From Eledone cirrhosa (Eukaryota), in the NCBI GenBank assembly GCA_964016885.1, contig OZ024749.1:12338001-12402000 (forward strand): a stretch of DNA of 64,000 nucleotides. The letters are read 5' to 3'. Every line of letters starts with the position of its first letter. The first letter of the stretch is position 1. Both the position numbers and the translations under genes were made by a program. Of the stretch, positions 36,836-51,202 are shown one piece after another. The notes under the pieces were generated by a model. The model had not been told where the DNA came from. It saw only the letters and a program-made list of their open reading frames with translations, and made no database searches.

Positions 36836-39800
36836 AAACTATAAATTCATCCAGATGGACATAACAAGCTATTACTCTTCCATTATGCCTAACCTACTAA
36901 ATAAGGCTTTATCCTACGCTTACAAACATACAGATCTAACTACGGATGAAATCGATATCATATTAACTGCTAGAAGAACTCTAATTAATTTCAACAATGA
37001 GTATTGGAGCCGCTCAGATAGAAATAGAAACTTCGACATTACCATGGGATCATCGGACTCAGCGCACGTCATGGATCTTCTGGGGATTTTCATCTTAAAT
37101 ATGATAAATAGAAAACTGCCGGTGATTACCGGTGGTTTATATAGGGACGATATTTTATTTACGGTTGTTAAACACAACAATACAGAACTAAATAGGGTAA
37201 AGAAAAATATAATTAAATTCTTTAAAAATTACGACCTTAAATTAGAGGTGGTACCAAATTAGTGGTACCAAAATAGTTAATTTCCTTGATGTTCCCCTGA
37301 ACTTAAACTCTGGTTTTTATTACACTTTCCATAAGCCCAATGAAAACTTAAATTATGTTAGTTATTACTCTAATCACCCTAAATCTGTGAAAAATGCAAT
37401 TGTAAATAGTGTACAGAAACGCATAACTAGAATATCTGCAAATAAATCAATATTTGATGAAAAAGCAGGATATTACAATGATGTGCTAAGAAAGGCAGGT
37501 TATAAAAATAATATAGAATATATAGACAATAATAATCCAAGTCTTAATCCTGATAAAAATAATGGCATATATAAACGAAATTCTAAAAATTCTAATAATT
37601 ATAATTCAAATACCTGTACTGTGAGTAAATCGGGGAAAAGAACCAGAACTAAATCAGTTATATGCTTTGCCCCCGCCCTGCTTCTGTAGCAGTAAGAACA
37701 CCACTAGCTAATCTATTCTTTAAGGCTTTAGATAATTCTTTCCCTAGTCAACATAAATACCGTTCCATATTTAATAGTACACACTTTAAGCTTTCTTATT
37801 CTACAACTATGAATATGGTCCAAACATCGCTAAACTAAATAGTAAAATTCTAAACCAAAATCAGCATAATGCTGTTATAATAGTGTTAATATAAATAATA
37901 ATAAATCGAAATGTAATTGTAGAAATAAACCAGATTGCCCTCTGCAAAATAATTGTCTGGATAGAAATCTGGTGTACAAATGCATCGTAAAAACAAATAA
38001 CAACACATACAACCACATAGGGGGCAACTTCTTCGACATTTAAATCGAGATTTGCGAATCACAAATGCTCATTTTTGAATTTTAATAGGAAGTCTTCGAC
38101 TTCTTTATCACAACTTATATGGTCATTAAAAGACAAAAATTTAAAATACTCGATTTTTTTGGACGAAGCTTTGTAATAGTAAAATATACTCAAACTCGTC
38201 TATATCAACTAACTGCAACCTCTGCACAAAGGAGACCCTATTAATAATTACTAATTATGAAAACTTAATTAACAAAAAAAGTGAATTATTCTCAAACTGC
38301 CTTCATAAAGCGTTGTCTACATTCCAAGCCTCACAAAAAGTCAGGAAAAAACACTAAACAAACAGGCTTTAATTTTTGACGTCTCTTATCAACTATTGGA
38401 CCTAAAAAGTCATAACAGTTTATAAAACTTTAATAATGCTTTATTTTCTAATCATTTATGACAGAATTAATGTTAGAATGAAGGATCCTCTTTAGGTATA
38501 TAAACATATTATTTGGTAACTTGTTTACTTGATAAATATGCACACCTTAGGATTATTTTAGATATTTATAATTTAGATCTTTATTTATCTGTCTCTGTTT
38601 TAAATATATAATTTGGATATTTAACTTGTAAATTTACCGGTTATAATTGAACTGTAGATCATTCATGCATTTACATATTTTACTCATTTTGGGTATGTTT
38701 TGGGGACTCAGAAAGTTAGATTTGCACTTATATATTTTTATATATATCTAGGTATAAATATAACAAACCATACTAGTCGACAAATATTGGTCTCTCTCTC
38801 CACTGAACTGGAGGTAAAACTACAATTATAGCATTACTAATAATGATTATAATTATTTATTTATTATATGTATATCGTTTCATTAATACCTATAATACTC
38901 TCTCTATATAGTTGTACAAATATGTTTATCTAGTGTAATAACATACTCATAGTTGCATTTATAAATAATTTAGATACTCAAATGACTCTCTATTGTTATA
39001 AGTGTTAGATATTCCCTGGATGTTCGAAATTATATAATGATTATTACTTAATTTAATATAATTTAATTTAATTTATTTTAATTAAATTTAGATTACCTTC
39101 GGTTTTTTAAAGTATTTAGCGCCTCTTTCTATCAGATTCGCTGGATATTTTAGAAGTATCTTTTGTCTACTATATATTAAAACCGTATTACATTTTATAA
39201 TATATTTTTAATATTGGGCATTTTTAAGTTTCGCAAACAATTCATTATTTTTCACTTTTTATTTTTTATTTTTATATTTATTTTGTATCTAGCCCTTATC
39301 CTTAGGACTCATGTAGTTTTGACTTATATATTTATAGTATATATCAACTAAATGAACATTTTACAATAATTGATATAAAACATTAATTTTTAACAATATT
39401 TTTTTAACAATATTTTCAGTAACTTATTTACTATATTGTATTATTGTATTATGTTATATATATTTGAAAGGTATCACCTTAAGTCTTTAGACATTATAAT
39501 CCTTGTGTATTTTTTGATTAACACATATATATAATTTAAAATTCAGACTTCTTTAAGTTTAATTATAAGGCCTGTTAATCATAAATTCTTTAATAATTAT
39601 AACTATAATTATTTTATAAATTATATTATATAAACTGTTGTCAATATTATAAATAATTTTGGTAAAGATTACCTTCGTGAGGTTATAAAAGCATTATATA
39701 TTTCTTTCTCGTGTTTCGTAAATCCTTTAAATTTGATTTCATAAAATTTGAATTTTAGAAATTAAACTTTATAATATAATATTAATACAGATACCTTTTA

Positions 39801-40465
39801 ACTTTTAAAACCTAAAATATTACTCATTACTCTGAACTAACTTAAATTAAATATTTTGAATATTAACGGTCAACCAAATAAGTTTAGATATATATTGCAT
39901 ATATGGATAATTGTCTATAAACTTGAACATAAATTATTCCCCTTTGTCTCTATCTCTCTTTAATCATCTCTCATTTGTCTTTCGAGGCACCTACTAACTA
40001 TATTATCCCATCAGCTGTTTCTTCCTCTATGCTTTCCTTTCTTTCCTCTTTCTTCAGTAGTTTAAATTTTTTAAGTGTTATATTGATGCCATGTATTTTT
40101 TAAGCTGTATTACACGCACCCTCTCTATTGTATGTATTATATATTTTTCTCATGTTCTCAATATTAAGGTATAAATATTGAGTTTTGTCATATATAACTC
40201 ACTGCCATGACTGAATCTTAACCATCTACTATGTCAGGGTATGTCGTGCATCATCTTATTTTATCTGATGAGGACGTACTGTTGAACTTAACTCAGTACC
40301 TCTGAAATATGTATAATAAAATATACTTGATCACAAGAATATCTATTTTGTTAATATTTTGAATTAATATTAATAACTCTGGAAAACCATATATGTTGAG
40401 TGCTTCCAATCTATTGTAAAACTCATTCTTTGATGTATTCATTGAACCTTGTTTAACTTTTAAAT
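36836..40465 (+). mobile_element. Penelope-like retroelement, 5'-truncated (RT, Cys-rich linker, GIY-YIG endonuclease, long AT-rich tail with hammerhead)
   Basis: Motifs FIQMDITSYYSSI, FDITMGSSDSA, GLYRDD, VNFLDV, SNHP, then CNCRNKPDCPLQNNCLDRNLVYKC...HIG and CNLCTKE, with several frameshifts. The ORF ends at ~38357. Confidence 0.9.
40257..40323 (+). ncRNA. Type I hammerhead ribozyme in the Penelope 3' region
   Basis: TATTTTAT-CTGATGA-GGACGTACTG[12-nt loop]CAGTACCTCT-GAAA-TATGTA-TA-ATAAAATA. Predicted cut after A40315 (AUA triplet). Confidence 0.75.
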
Positions 40466-41111
40466 ATATATATATATGTGCGTATGTTTTTATAAGTATG
40501 TTTGTTGTGTGTGTGCCTGTAAGTGGGCGTGTGTGTGGATGTGCTTGTTGACACCTGGAATATAGATTAAGAGAAACTTCACAATAAGGGGAAGCACCAG
40601 CCCCCCCCCCCCCCTTTTTTTTTTTTTACTCAAAATGATTGCTTTTCCTTCCTGCAGAGTAACACATTGATTTACACAACCAGACCATACAGTTACTCTA
40701 TTGCCAATATCCTACAAAGGGCTTCCATTAAGTATTGTATTAGCTAAATATTGTTCTCAATCTTTATTGAGGCTGTTATTTGTTTTTATCAGCTATGTTT
40801 GTTTGTGTGGAGTATATTCTCTCTGTTTGGAAACTATTTGAAGAGAAGGTTTTATGTACATGCCTAATTCACCCTCTTTCATACCCAAACCACCTGAAAC
40901 TACCTTTGGTTCTATCATACAAATATGTTTGTTTTAAAGTCTTGATATTTATCATAATTTTATGTAAGACCCTTTAAGTTATGTTCCAAACACCAACTAA
41001 TATTAGTTATATTACTAAATTGCTCCAAATTCTTGATTATTTTCAAAATGACTTCAAGATCTTGGCAGTGTGAGGGAAATTTAGTAGACAGGAATTGTGC
41101 AGAAGCCCATC

Positions 41112-41295
41112 ATATATATATATATATATATGCATGTATATATATATATGCATGTATATATATATATATATGCATGTATATATATATATATATATATATA
41201 TGCATGTATATATATATATATATATATATGCATGTATATATATATATATATATATATATATGCATGTATATATATATATATATATATATATATGC

Positions 41296-41330
<35 letters not shown>

Positions 41331-41907
41331 TGTATATATATATATATATATATATATATGCATGTATATATGTATATATATATGCATGTATATATATATG
41401 TATATATGTATATATATATGCATGTATATATATATGTATATATATATGCATGTATATATATATGTATATATATATGCATGTATATATATATGTATATATA
41501 TATGCATGTATATATATATGTATATATATATGCATGTATATATATATATATATATATATGCATGTATATATATATATATATATATGCATGTATATATATA
41601 TATATATATATATATATGCATGTATATATATATATATATATATATATGCATGTATATATATATATATATATATGCATGTATATATATATATATATATATG
41701 CATGTATATATATATATATATATATATATGCATGTATATATATATATATATATATATATGCATGTATATATATATATATATATATGCATGTATATATATA
41801 TATATATATATGCATGTATATATATATATATATATATATGCATGTATATATATATATATATATATGCATGTATATATATATATATGCATGTATATATACA
41901 TATATAT
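41112..41907. repeat. (TA)n tracts punctuated by TGCATG
   Basis: Direct inspection; variable-length unit (TA)nTGCATG. Confidence 0.97.
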
Positions 41908-41929
41908 GTGTGGTGTGTGTGTGCAGAGA

Positions 41930-42570
41930 CAGGAAATAGCTGGGTTGGCGCCCAGGCAGGCAGATATCCCACTGGGAGTGAGATGCCCCTTAGCTATTGT
42001 CACAACACTTCTCTAGGAGAGGGAAACTTTGAATAAACACCTGCGGTGTTGAGGGCACCAGATGATGTTGACCAGTCCTTCTTTTCGATCCATGCTCTCC
42101 ATGCTCAGAGAGTGGGATTAGTTCTATGCAAGGCTTTTCTTCACTTAAAAATGTTTCAAGCACAGGCATCGCCTGATCGATTTGAACAAATAATTTGTTG
42201 CACCGGCTGGCCGTAGCCAAAAAAGGCAAAAAATATTCAATTATGAACCATAATAATGTACGAATTAATGGCAATGGGGGCTTTTTGCCAAAGAGCTGGG
42301 ACGATACAATATGGACATTGTTGCCTTATCTGAAACAAGGCTACTCGAAGAAGGTCATACCGCTGAGATGTCCAGTGGTTACACCTGGTGTCGACACTTG
42401 ACCAGTTTCCAAGTGGTGTCAGTAATCATCTCATGTCAATAAGAATTCTTCTGATGTATAACCGCTACCTTACCACTGTCAGGTGTATGCCCCGACGATG
42501 AATTCCAATGAAGACGAGAAACTCGCCTTTTTATGTCTCTGAAGGAACTTGTCAAAAAGATTCCTTCATC
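41930..42570 (+). mobile_element. RTE LINE 5' fragment (5' UTR plus AP-endonuclease start)
   Basis: Reads AKELGRYNMDIVALSETRLLEEGH...SGYT and VYAPTMNSNEDEKLAF. Confidence 0.8.
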
Positions 42571-43366
42571 CTTTGCTCCTGGCCACCATACAGACAGACC
42601 TTGCTCCCCACAGTTAACTCACTTCCGTTCTGAGTGCACTCCCTCCCCACCGGCCTCACTAAACCTTCCTTGGCTTCCCCGTTCCCATACTCAACTACTG
42701 CTCTCTCCTGGATTTTACCTGTTTACTCCTACACACACAGACATACCCATACATAAACATACACACACATATACATAATATATTCCCACTACTGACTAAA
42801 CACAACCACACCTCTCATGTGGATACAAACATACACACAGTCTTCTGACACACATGTGGAAACACACACTAAATTACACACTCACATCCGTAAAAACAAT
42901 AGCAACATCACATACACAGCTACTAACATAGACATATAGACACATACGTACACACATAAAAAATCACTTATGCACACCCACATACACACACATTCAATAC
43001 ACTCATGATAATACACACACACACTCCCATACATAGAAACCACGGAACTCACTTGTACACACACACACACATATTAGTGTACACACTTCACTTTATAAGA
43101 CTCTGGGACACTCATTTGGTCACATAAACACACATAGACTGAAGCCATGCACATCTAATTTCTTCTTCAACACACACAACCACCCCTATACCACCCCCAT
43201 ACCCTCCAGCTTTAACATTCTTTCCTAACCTTCTCACACTACTCATACGTGTATCTCTTCTCTCCTTATTTGAACTTTCCTGAAGAAAGACTTCTGTCTG
43301 AAACATTGAAATCTCCTCCACTTCCTCCAAGTGTCAACCTAATATAACTGTGTAAAATTGTCCAGT

Positions 43367-43760
43367 CCACACTGTAAAGTGGTTGTGTAGGTGTCACGGT
43401 AAAAAGTACCCAGCCCACACTGTAAAGTGGTTGTGTAGGTGTCACGGTAAAAAGTACCCAGCCCACACTGTAAAGTGGTTGTATAGGTGTCATGACAAAC
43501 AGTCCTCAGCTCACATTGTAAAGTGGTCATGTAGGTGTCACGGCAAAATTCTCCATCCCACACTGTAAAGTGGTTGTGTAGGTGTTATGACAAAAAGTAC
43601 CCAGTACACACTGTAAAGTGGTTGTGTAGGTGTCAAGACAAAAAGTACCCAGTACACACTGTAAAGTGGTTGTGTAGGTGTCAAGACAAAAAGTACCCAG
43701 TACACACTGTAAAGTGGTTGTGTAGGTGTCAGGACAAAAAGTACCCAGTACACACTGTAA
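43367..43760. repeat. 48-bp tandem array (~8 copies) from the RTE 3' UTR
   Basis: Unit CACACTGTAAAGTGGTTGTGTAGGTGTCACGGTAAAAAGTACCCAGCC resembles 44115-44220. The array runs into the RTE terminal AACCCATGC...GATGATG. Confidence 0.9.
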
Positions 43761-44002
43761 ACCCATGCCAACGTGGAAAAATGGACATTAAACTGAGATG
43801 ATGCTGATATAAGAATGAGGAAAATGCGAAGTTGTAGATGTTAAAGAGTCCTTTATTAATAAAGGTGTGATGCATATTTCAATGATGATCAGGGTCTCTT
43901 GATTATTATACTCCATTATCCTTATTTTGAAGAAGTAACATGATGTTGAGTGCTTCAATTGAACTGAATATCTACTGTATGTATGTATGTATATATATAT
44001 AC

Positions 44003-44386
44003 AGACCGTGACCTATGACACGACCGTGACCTCTGGCGTCACGCAGTAATACAGAGTACCCGACCTCCCATGGGTACAAGCTGAAGCATATAGACAATAT
44101 GCCCCCACACCCTCCCACTGTAAAGTGGACGTGGAGGTGCCACGGCAAAAAAGCACCCAGCTCACACAGTAAAGTGGACGTGTAGGCGCCACGGAAAAAG
44201 CACCCAGCACTCACTGTAAATGAGGTTGGTGTTAGGAAGGGCATCCAGCTGTAGAAATCAAGCCAAAATCAGTTCCTGTATGAGCAAGGCATGGTCAGCC
44301 GACCAGACACTGCCCACAACAGGACAACCCGTCTAACCCATGCTAGCGTGGAAGAACGGACGTAAAACGGTGATGATGATGATGAT
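44003..44386 (+). mobile_element. RTE 3' end only
   Basis: Near-identical reverse complement of ~32105-32468, with a (GAT)n tail. Confidence 0.9.
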
Positions 44387-46219
44387 ACAGAGATATGTCT
44401 GTGTGTGTATATATATACAGAGAGATGTGTGTATATATATATTGTATCTATTTGTTTAATGTTTGTTTATATACTGTAATATAGCAGTTTGACAAATAGA
44501 GATTAATAAAATATGTACCAGACTTTAAAAGAACAAAAAACATGTCCTCAGTCTAATTAGTGAAAGCAGTAAAAGAGTAGCTTTCATGAGAAATATAGTA
44601 ATTAAAGGGTTATCATTGTTTGTCTTCTCCCTTTTTCAAAGTGATTACTTTTTCTTACTTCAGGACACCAAATTGATTTACACAACTAGCTACAGAATTA
44701 CTGTTTCTCTTGTCAATATCCTTCTATTGTGTTAGCTATGTCTTATTCTCAGTTTCTATTGTTATTGTTGTTCCTTTTTTTGCCTTGTTTGTTTGTGTGG
44801 TATAAATTATCTTTCTTTTTCTTAGAATACTGTTTAGAAATCTGTTTTTCTCTCACTTCCTCTCCTTCTTTGGAAGAAATAAGCCATGTTCAGTCATGGT
44901 GGATTCCATTGGGTTTAAAATGCTGTGTATCACTGAAATGTCCTCTCCACATGTTACCACTTGAAGTTATGGGTCCATCCATACATATATAGATAGAGAG
45001 ATATATCCTATTTGGAGAACATTTGAACAGAAAGTTTTATGTACATGACTAATTAACAAATATTCTACAAGAAAAGAGATGTAAGTAAAAATAAAATGAG
45101 TTAAAACTATTGGATGCAAACATTGCCAGCCATATGGATGACTCTTTGAGATGCAGTTGTGTTAGTGCAATGACTTAGATAAGCCGTACTCTGTGAGTCT
45201 GATTTGAATGTTATCGGAGGTCAGCAATACACCTGATCATCACCACTCTCTTTTTGATATCATGCCACTTGAAACTGCTCCTGATTCTATGATTCAATAC
45301 TTTATTTTTTAAGTGTTTATATTTATCTGAGAACCAATAATAATTTTATGTAAGAACCTTTGTTAAGTTATACTCCAAACACCAACTTAATAACGAGAAA
45401 GTTATGTTATTATATCCCTCCAAATTTTTTATTATTTTCAAAATTATTTGAAAATCATAGGCAGTGCTCTTCATTAAAGATATGGTAATGAAAAGGTTAA
45501 TGTATATATTGGAAGCAAGTTAAATGCCAGTCGTTTCTCATGAGTCTTAATCGATCTTAGAAACCAACGAAAACCATCAATTAAAACAAACTGGCTCTAC
45601 TTCAACTTCTATTTTAATGTTTAATGACAAACTATTAACCTTTCTGCAAATATGTAGTGTATAATTGGAATTCCAGTTGAAACTGGTTCTCATTGACTTG
45701 ATATGACACAGCTATATAGATGACTTCATGACTTTTCAATTTTGGTAGTAATATATAAAATGAGAAAGTTTGTGTTACTGATTAGTATACACAAATATTG
45801 ATGGATTTCACTAATTTAAACTCAATGAATGTAAACCAGATCTGTTTACTGATCATTTTTACATTATCTGCAGTATCATAACTAATAGATGGTCAAACCC
45901 TGTATTTTATCATTACTGCAACATATCAGTGGATTTAGTTAGGTTCAATATCAGATTTACTATTGATATCCTCATAAGGCAGCAGATTGGTACAGTTGGT
46001 TGAATGGTAGTCAGGTGACTGTAGGACTGTTTCTGGCTGGTTTTCTACGGCTGGATGCCCTAACGGCAAACACATTTATAGTGTATGCTGGGTGCTTTTT
46101 GCCGCATATCATCATCATCATCATTTTACGTCCGCTTTTCCCTGTTTGCAAGAGTGGGATGGGAACCGATTCTGGCTTGATTTCTACAGCTGGATGCCCT
46201 ATATATATATATATATATT

Positions 46220-46350
46220 GACGTTGGACACTTTATTTCACGTTGTTCTTTCTCCCTGGAGTTGCAACCGACAGATAGTATAAGCAATTGAAAAGACCAA
46301 TGGAAACATTGTTTCCTTGGTCCGATTTGACGAAAGTCGATTGACTCCTA
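46220..46350 (+). mobile_element. 5'-truncated copy of the CORE-like SINE at 55948-56171
   Basis: Shares GACACTTTATTTCA...GACCAATGGAAACATTGTTTCC...GGTCCGATTTGACGAAAGT. Confidence 0.75.
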
Positions 46351-47233
46351 CACATATATATATATATATATATGAATGTATGTACAAGTGGAAGCTTAGT
46401 AAAATCGAGGCTTTGGTTGTGGCCAAGCAAAGCCGACCTACAATAAGGAATGAGTAGCAAAGCACTCAATAAGGGTAGGTCCTTAAAGTAATAACATTAT
46501 GTTTAAAAGCTTGACAAATTAAAAATTGTGGTAGGCAAAACCCAACCATACAATACCAAAAACAATGAAAGAACTAATCAGGTAAAACAACAGATGTATA
46601 TAGGGGCAGAAGGTTCAGTAAATACTAGAGCAGAGTGTATATAATAAGAACAAAGGGGAGGTGTTACATAAAGAATATATTGATCAGTCCTGGTTACAAT
46701 TGTTTCACAGTTGGCTCATGATCTGGGTTAATATTCCAAACCAGATTCCAGATCTGCCTGATCCTCAGACTAATGCTATCATACAAAACACACATAGGAT
46801 CTGTAGACAAACCAGACAGTCAAAAACAAGTATAGAGATTGCCCAATCAAGGGCTCAGAATTCACCAGATGCACATACGCCATGCAGGACAAGTAAATAA
46901 CCGATATATATATATAAAAACAAATAAACATACCCACACAAATACATACCTACACATACTTACACGTTCATGTAAATATATATATATGGGCAGTCAAGAA
47001 GAATGCAGTAGAGGTCATAGAGACTTTTATGACAGGCAGGGGTCAATCAAGCATGACGGAAGTCACTGGCACTACGTTCAACAGCTGGTCTTCGATGGCG
47101 CATGTGCTCTCATAGCAATACTACCTCCCAGATGGAGTATATGAGTAAATATAAATCTATACATACACAACACACACTTATACATACATGGTGTTAATGA
47201 GTGTTGATGGTGATGAAGATTTGGAGGAATTCA

Positions 47234-47287
<54 letters not shown>

Positions 47288-47679
47288 CGCTCAGAAAATG
47301 ATGAGGTTGCAAGATAAGGGTGTTTGAGAAGGTGGTTGTAAACATCCCCTCCTGCTGCTTTTATTTCATTAGCTGACCTTTGATGAGTATATAATGGTAT
47401 AGCTGAATCAACTTATTTTCATTTTCTTCACTATTGTAACCTAACAATATTCTGCATATCCGCAATTGACAATGCATTTAATGCTGAAACTGGTATTGTA
47501 AATAAATTAATGTTTTGATATCTCACTGAAAAAATCTCTTCAACATTTTCTACTGAAAGAAGCTTTTTCCTTTCTACTATTTTTTTAATATATATATCAA
47601 CTCGTGTGTTACTTTTCTACATTCGATATATATATATGTAAATATATATATATGTATATATGCACATCATATGTCCATA

Positions 47680-48235
47680 CCAATGCAATCATCCAACATT
47701 TGATACCTCTTATACTTAGTCTCTCTCTCAATTCGTTTATGCTTTGCTGTTTGCATACCTTACTATTACACATTCATTGGAGCATGCAAGCTTCATTTCT
47801 TTCTACTCTATACAAGTCTTCTGCACACAATGCCCAGGTCTCACTACCATGTAATATTGCCGTTCGTATACAAGCATCATACAATCTGTCTTTCATTTTT
47901 AGAGAAAAACCCTCTGTGGCCAACAGCAGTATTAGCTCTCTGAACTTTTTCCATCCTGTTCTAACTCTGGATATTGTACTTTCAGAACACCTTCTTTCAC
48001 TGCTGATTTTGTCACCCAGGTAACAGAAGGTGTCTGCTATTTCTATAGAACCATCTGGGCAGTTGAAGGAGATAGTATCCAGTGGGCCCTTATACTTATT
48101 TCACCTGAGCATCAGCCACATATAAAATCTACATTCTTAGATAGCTTACCTGTGATCCCACTACATCTTTTATGTACCCATAGTGAATGGAATTTCTATC
48201 TACTCCCTTCTTACACACTGAGCATGGCCATTTCA
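47680..48235 (-). mobile_element. RTE LINE internal fragment
   Basis: Reverse complement aligns to ~1-560 of this window. Confidence 0.85.
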
Positions 48236-49092
48236 GTGAAAAAAAGTTAGTTGATTTATAATCAGGTGACTTTTATATAACAGATGTCAAGCACTCAACG
48301 GTATATACCTATCCGGAGTATTATAATAATAATAAACAAAAGATAGTTAATTTACATCATCTGTATTTCAAAGATGCAAGGCTTATGTATAACATAATCG
48401 AAAATATGTTCTCATCAGACAAAATGCATAGGAGATGCAGGATTCTTTTGATATACAGGCGGTTAAATGAGCTGGACAGATCGATGACAACCAAGTATAT
48501 GATTAGAAAAAAAACCCAACACAAGATGTTACAAGAGTGGGAGAAAAATACAGTTGGACTTAACGTTTTTTAAATTATCTAAAATGTGACGTAATTTTGA
48601 TTAGTAAAAAAAAAAAAAAAAATATAGACTGTTAGTTTATATGTTACTTATATTAGCTTAAAATAGATACTATACCAAAAATACATATATTTTATGTTGG
48701 GTTTATAACCCCCTAGAGATAAAAAAGTGGGACTCAAGCTCACACCTGCTGTAAGCTGGACAGCTGTCCTACTGTTATACAAAAGTGGGACAGTATTGCC
48801 TGTGGGACTCAAGCTCACACCTGCTGCATGCTGGACGGCTGTGCTACCATCATAAAAAGGTGAGGCATACCACTTAGCTGTCATTTGAAGCCTTGTCTAT
48901 TGGCCAGTGAATGTAAACATTAAATCTATCATATTCCTGAAATGTTGAGCAATATATTGGCTTAAAATAATTTCATTAAGATGGTATTTGTAACATAACA
49001 AAATGTTCTTATGTAAACTTATGTTAGAAGATATTAATTTAAATAAGAATTCTTTAAAATATGTTGTTTTGCATCATAGAAACAGAGGTGGT

Positions 49093-49490
49093 TTAACCCT
49101 TTAGCATTTATATTACTTTATATTTTCTCAGTAAACACGTTATCACTCATAATTGTCTCACATTTTGGCAGTATCGGTAGAGGGTCGGATGCCATGATTT
49201 GACTCATAGAGTTGCGGCCCTTGCCATTCTGAGTTCAAATCCCGCCGAGGTTAACTTTGCCTTTCAACCTTACGGGGTTGATAAAATAAAGTACCATTAA
49301 TGCACTGGGATAATTGCTGGCCTTGTGCCAAAAGTAGAAACAATTACATTGAATCTACGAGATTTTGATATTATTTATTTTGAGAACAATACCTTAATAT
49401 AAGTATGAGTAGCCAGTTATGGCCGGTTTGAACAGAAAGACCTGAGAGAATTCTGGCTGGATATAGCTGGTTTAAATGCTAAAGGGTTAA
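49093..49490. mobile_element. piggyBac-like MITE with a nested SINE (~49167-49346)
   Basis: Terminal inverted repeats TTAACCCTTTAGCATTTA...TAAATGCTAAAGGGTTAA with TTAA ends. Confidence 0.8.
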
Positions 49491-49547
49491 ATATGCACTG
49501 TTATGAGAATGTTAATGAGATAGATTGCAGAACTTCACTTTATTTAT

Positions 49548-49877
49548 TTAACCCTTTAGCATTTACATTACTCTATAGTTACTATAGTCTTTTCACAATG
49601 AAGGCTTTACAGCACATAACATTTACATTACTCTATAGTTACTATTATATTTTCACAATGAAGGCTTTACCTCACATAATATTTACATTACTCTATAGTT
49701 ACTATTATATTTTCACAATGAAGGCTTTACCTCACATATCGAATCTATGAGATTTTGATATTATTTATTTTGAGAATACATTAACATCAGTATGAGTGGT
49801 TAGTTATGGCAAGTTTGAACAGAAAAAGGTGAGAGAATTCTGGCCAGATATGACTGGTTTAAATGCTAAAGGATTAA
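49548..49877. mobile_element. Second copy of the same MITE with an internal 60-bp triplication
   Basis: TTAACCCTTTAGCATTTA...TAAATGCTAAAGGATTAA. A 60-bp unit starts at 49561, 49621 and 49681. Confidence 0.8.
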
Positions 49878-50429
49878 TAAGAGAGTACCATTTAACATGT
49901 TATTACAAATTTATAACTCTCCTGATGTCATTATTCCAGTTGCTATTGTCAATATGAAGTTAACTAACATTCATGACTAACACTTTCTTCCTTTTATTTC
50001 CTAAAATATTAGAATGTTTCCTTAATTTCACCCCACCCGCCAATCTACTTTGATTCAGGTATTCAAAGAACTCATTTATTCTACAAATTCTATTCCCTTA
50101 CTTCAAAAGACAATCACATCTCTTACTATATTGAATTTTAATCTATTTTGCTTTTACAATACTTTTGTTCATTCTTTTTGACATTTAAGCAAATGTGCTC
50201 TTAAATTCTTTTTTTTTATTAGTAAATTTTACTAAATATTTGCTTGATATTTGTTTCTCTTGCTATGAATATTTAGTGCTATCCAAAAGACCTAAAACTA
50301 TTTGATGATATTAAACTCTTACTACCAGTGAAATATCTGTTGGCATTGTAATTAGTAGAAGATAATTTTTTAATTATTTTTAGCAAACCTGAACAAGAAT
50401 TGTTGAAATTCATTTTCTGTTATTAATGT

Positions 50430-51010
50430 TAGCAGAAAAATCACCCTTCGGGTGGTTTATGTGCTAGCATGTGTAGTGCATATTAATATTATACGCAAAT
50501 ATACATGCATGCAAATATACTTGCAAGCAGAGAAAAGCAGATGTTGAATGATGTAGATATGATACGTGAAATAAAATTGTAATTGACATTATGCACAGAA
50601 ATTGATGAGAGACTGTTACACTCTCTTTTGTAAGTAAAGTAATCCATGATACATTTAAAAAATATATTATATATAAACTACATTATGGTGAAATGTAATG
50701 AAAACGAAAAAGGAGAAAATTAGCGACGGAAATATAAACATTATGATATATTCAAATCCCGCTGAGGTTAACTTTGCCTTTCATCCTTACGGGGTCGATA
50801 AAGTACCAGTAATACACTGGGTAATTGCTGGCCTTGTGCCAAAAGTAGAAACAATTATGATATAAGTATGCAAATATATGATTATTTATATTAGCGATGT
50901 GATATAGCGTCCATTATATCATAACTGGAAGTATTGACATTTGAAAATTTTAAAAGAAGTAAATCTTGAAATAAGTAATCATTACATATAAGAATAAAAT
51001 TTAGTACACA
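50430..51010 (-). mobile_element. Helitron-like repeat family member with a nested SINE (~50751-50858); other copies at ~57590-57863 (+) and ~63545-63828 (-)
   Basis: Copies share the terminal hairpin TAGCAGAAAA..CACCC...GGGTGGTT..TGCTAG and internal AT-rich sequence. Confidence 0.55.
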
Positions 51011-51022
51011 AATTATGTAATG

Positions 51023-51202
51023 TGAATTGGCAGTATCGGTAGAGGGTCGGACATGCTTTCCAGCATAGTTACGTCCCTTTACAATCTGAGTTCAAATCTG
51101 GCCGAGGTTAACTTAGCCTTTCATCCTTGCGGGGTCGATAAAATAAAGTACCAGTAATGTACTGGGTAATTGCTGGCCTTGTGCCTAAAATAGAAACAAT
51201 TA
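51023..51202 (+). mobile_element. Full-length Meta-like SINE (further copies at ~20568, 22780, 56743, 59045, 59250, 61413, 63830)
   Basis: Match to the recurring SINE unit. Confidence 0.85.

Noticed and set aside
43285-43322. Hammerhead-like CTGAAGAAAGAC-TTCT-GTCTGAAAC
   Set aside because: There is no NUH triplet or convincing stem III. At best it is a decayed remnant.
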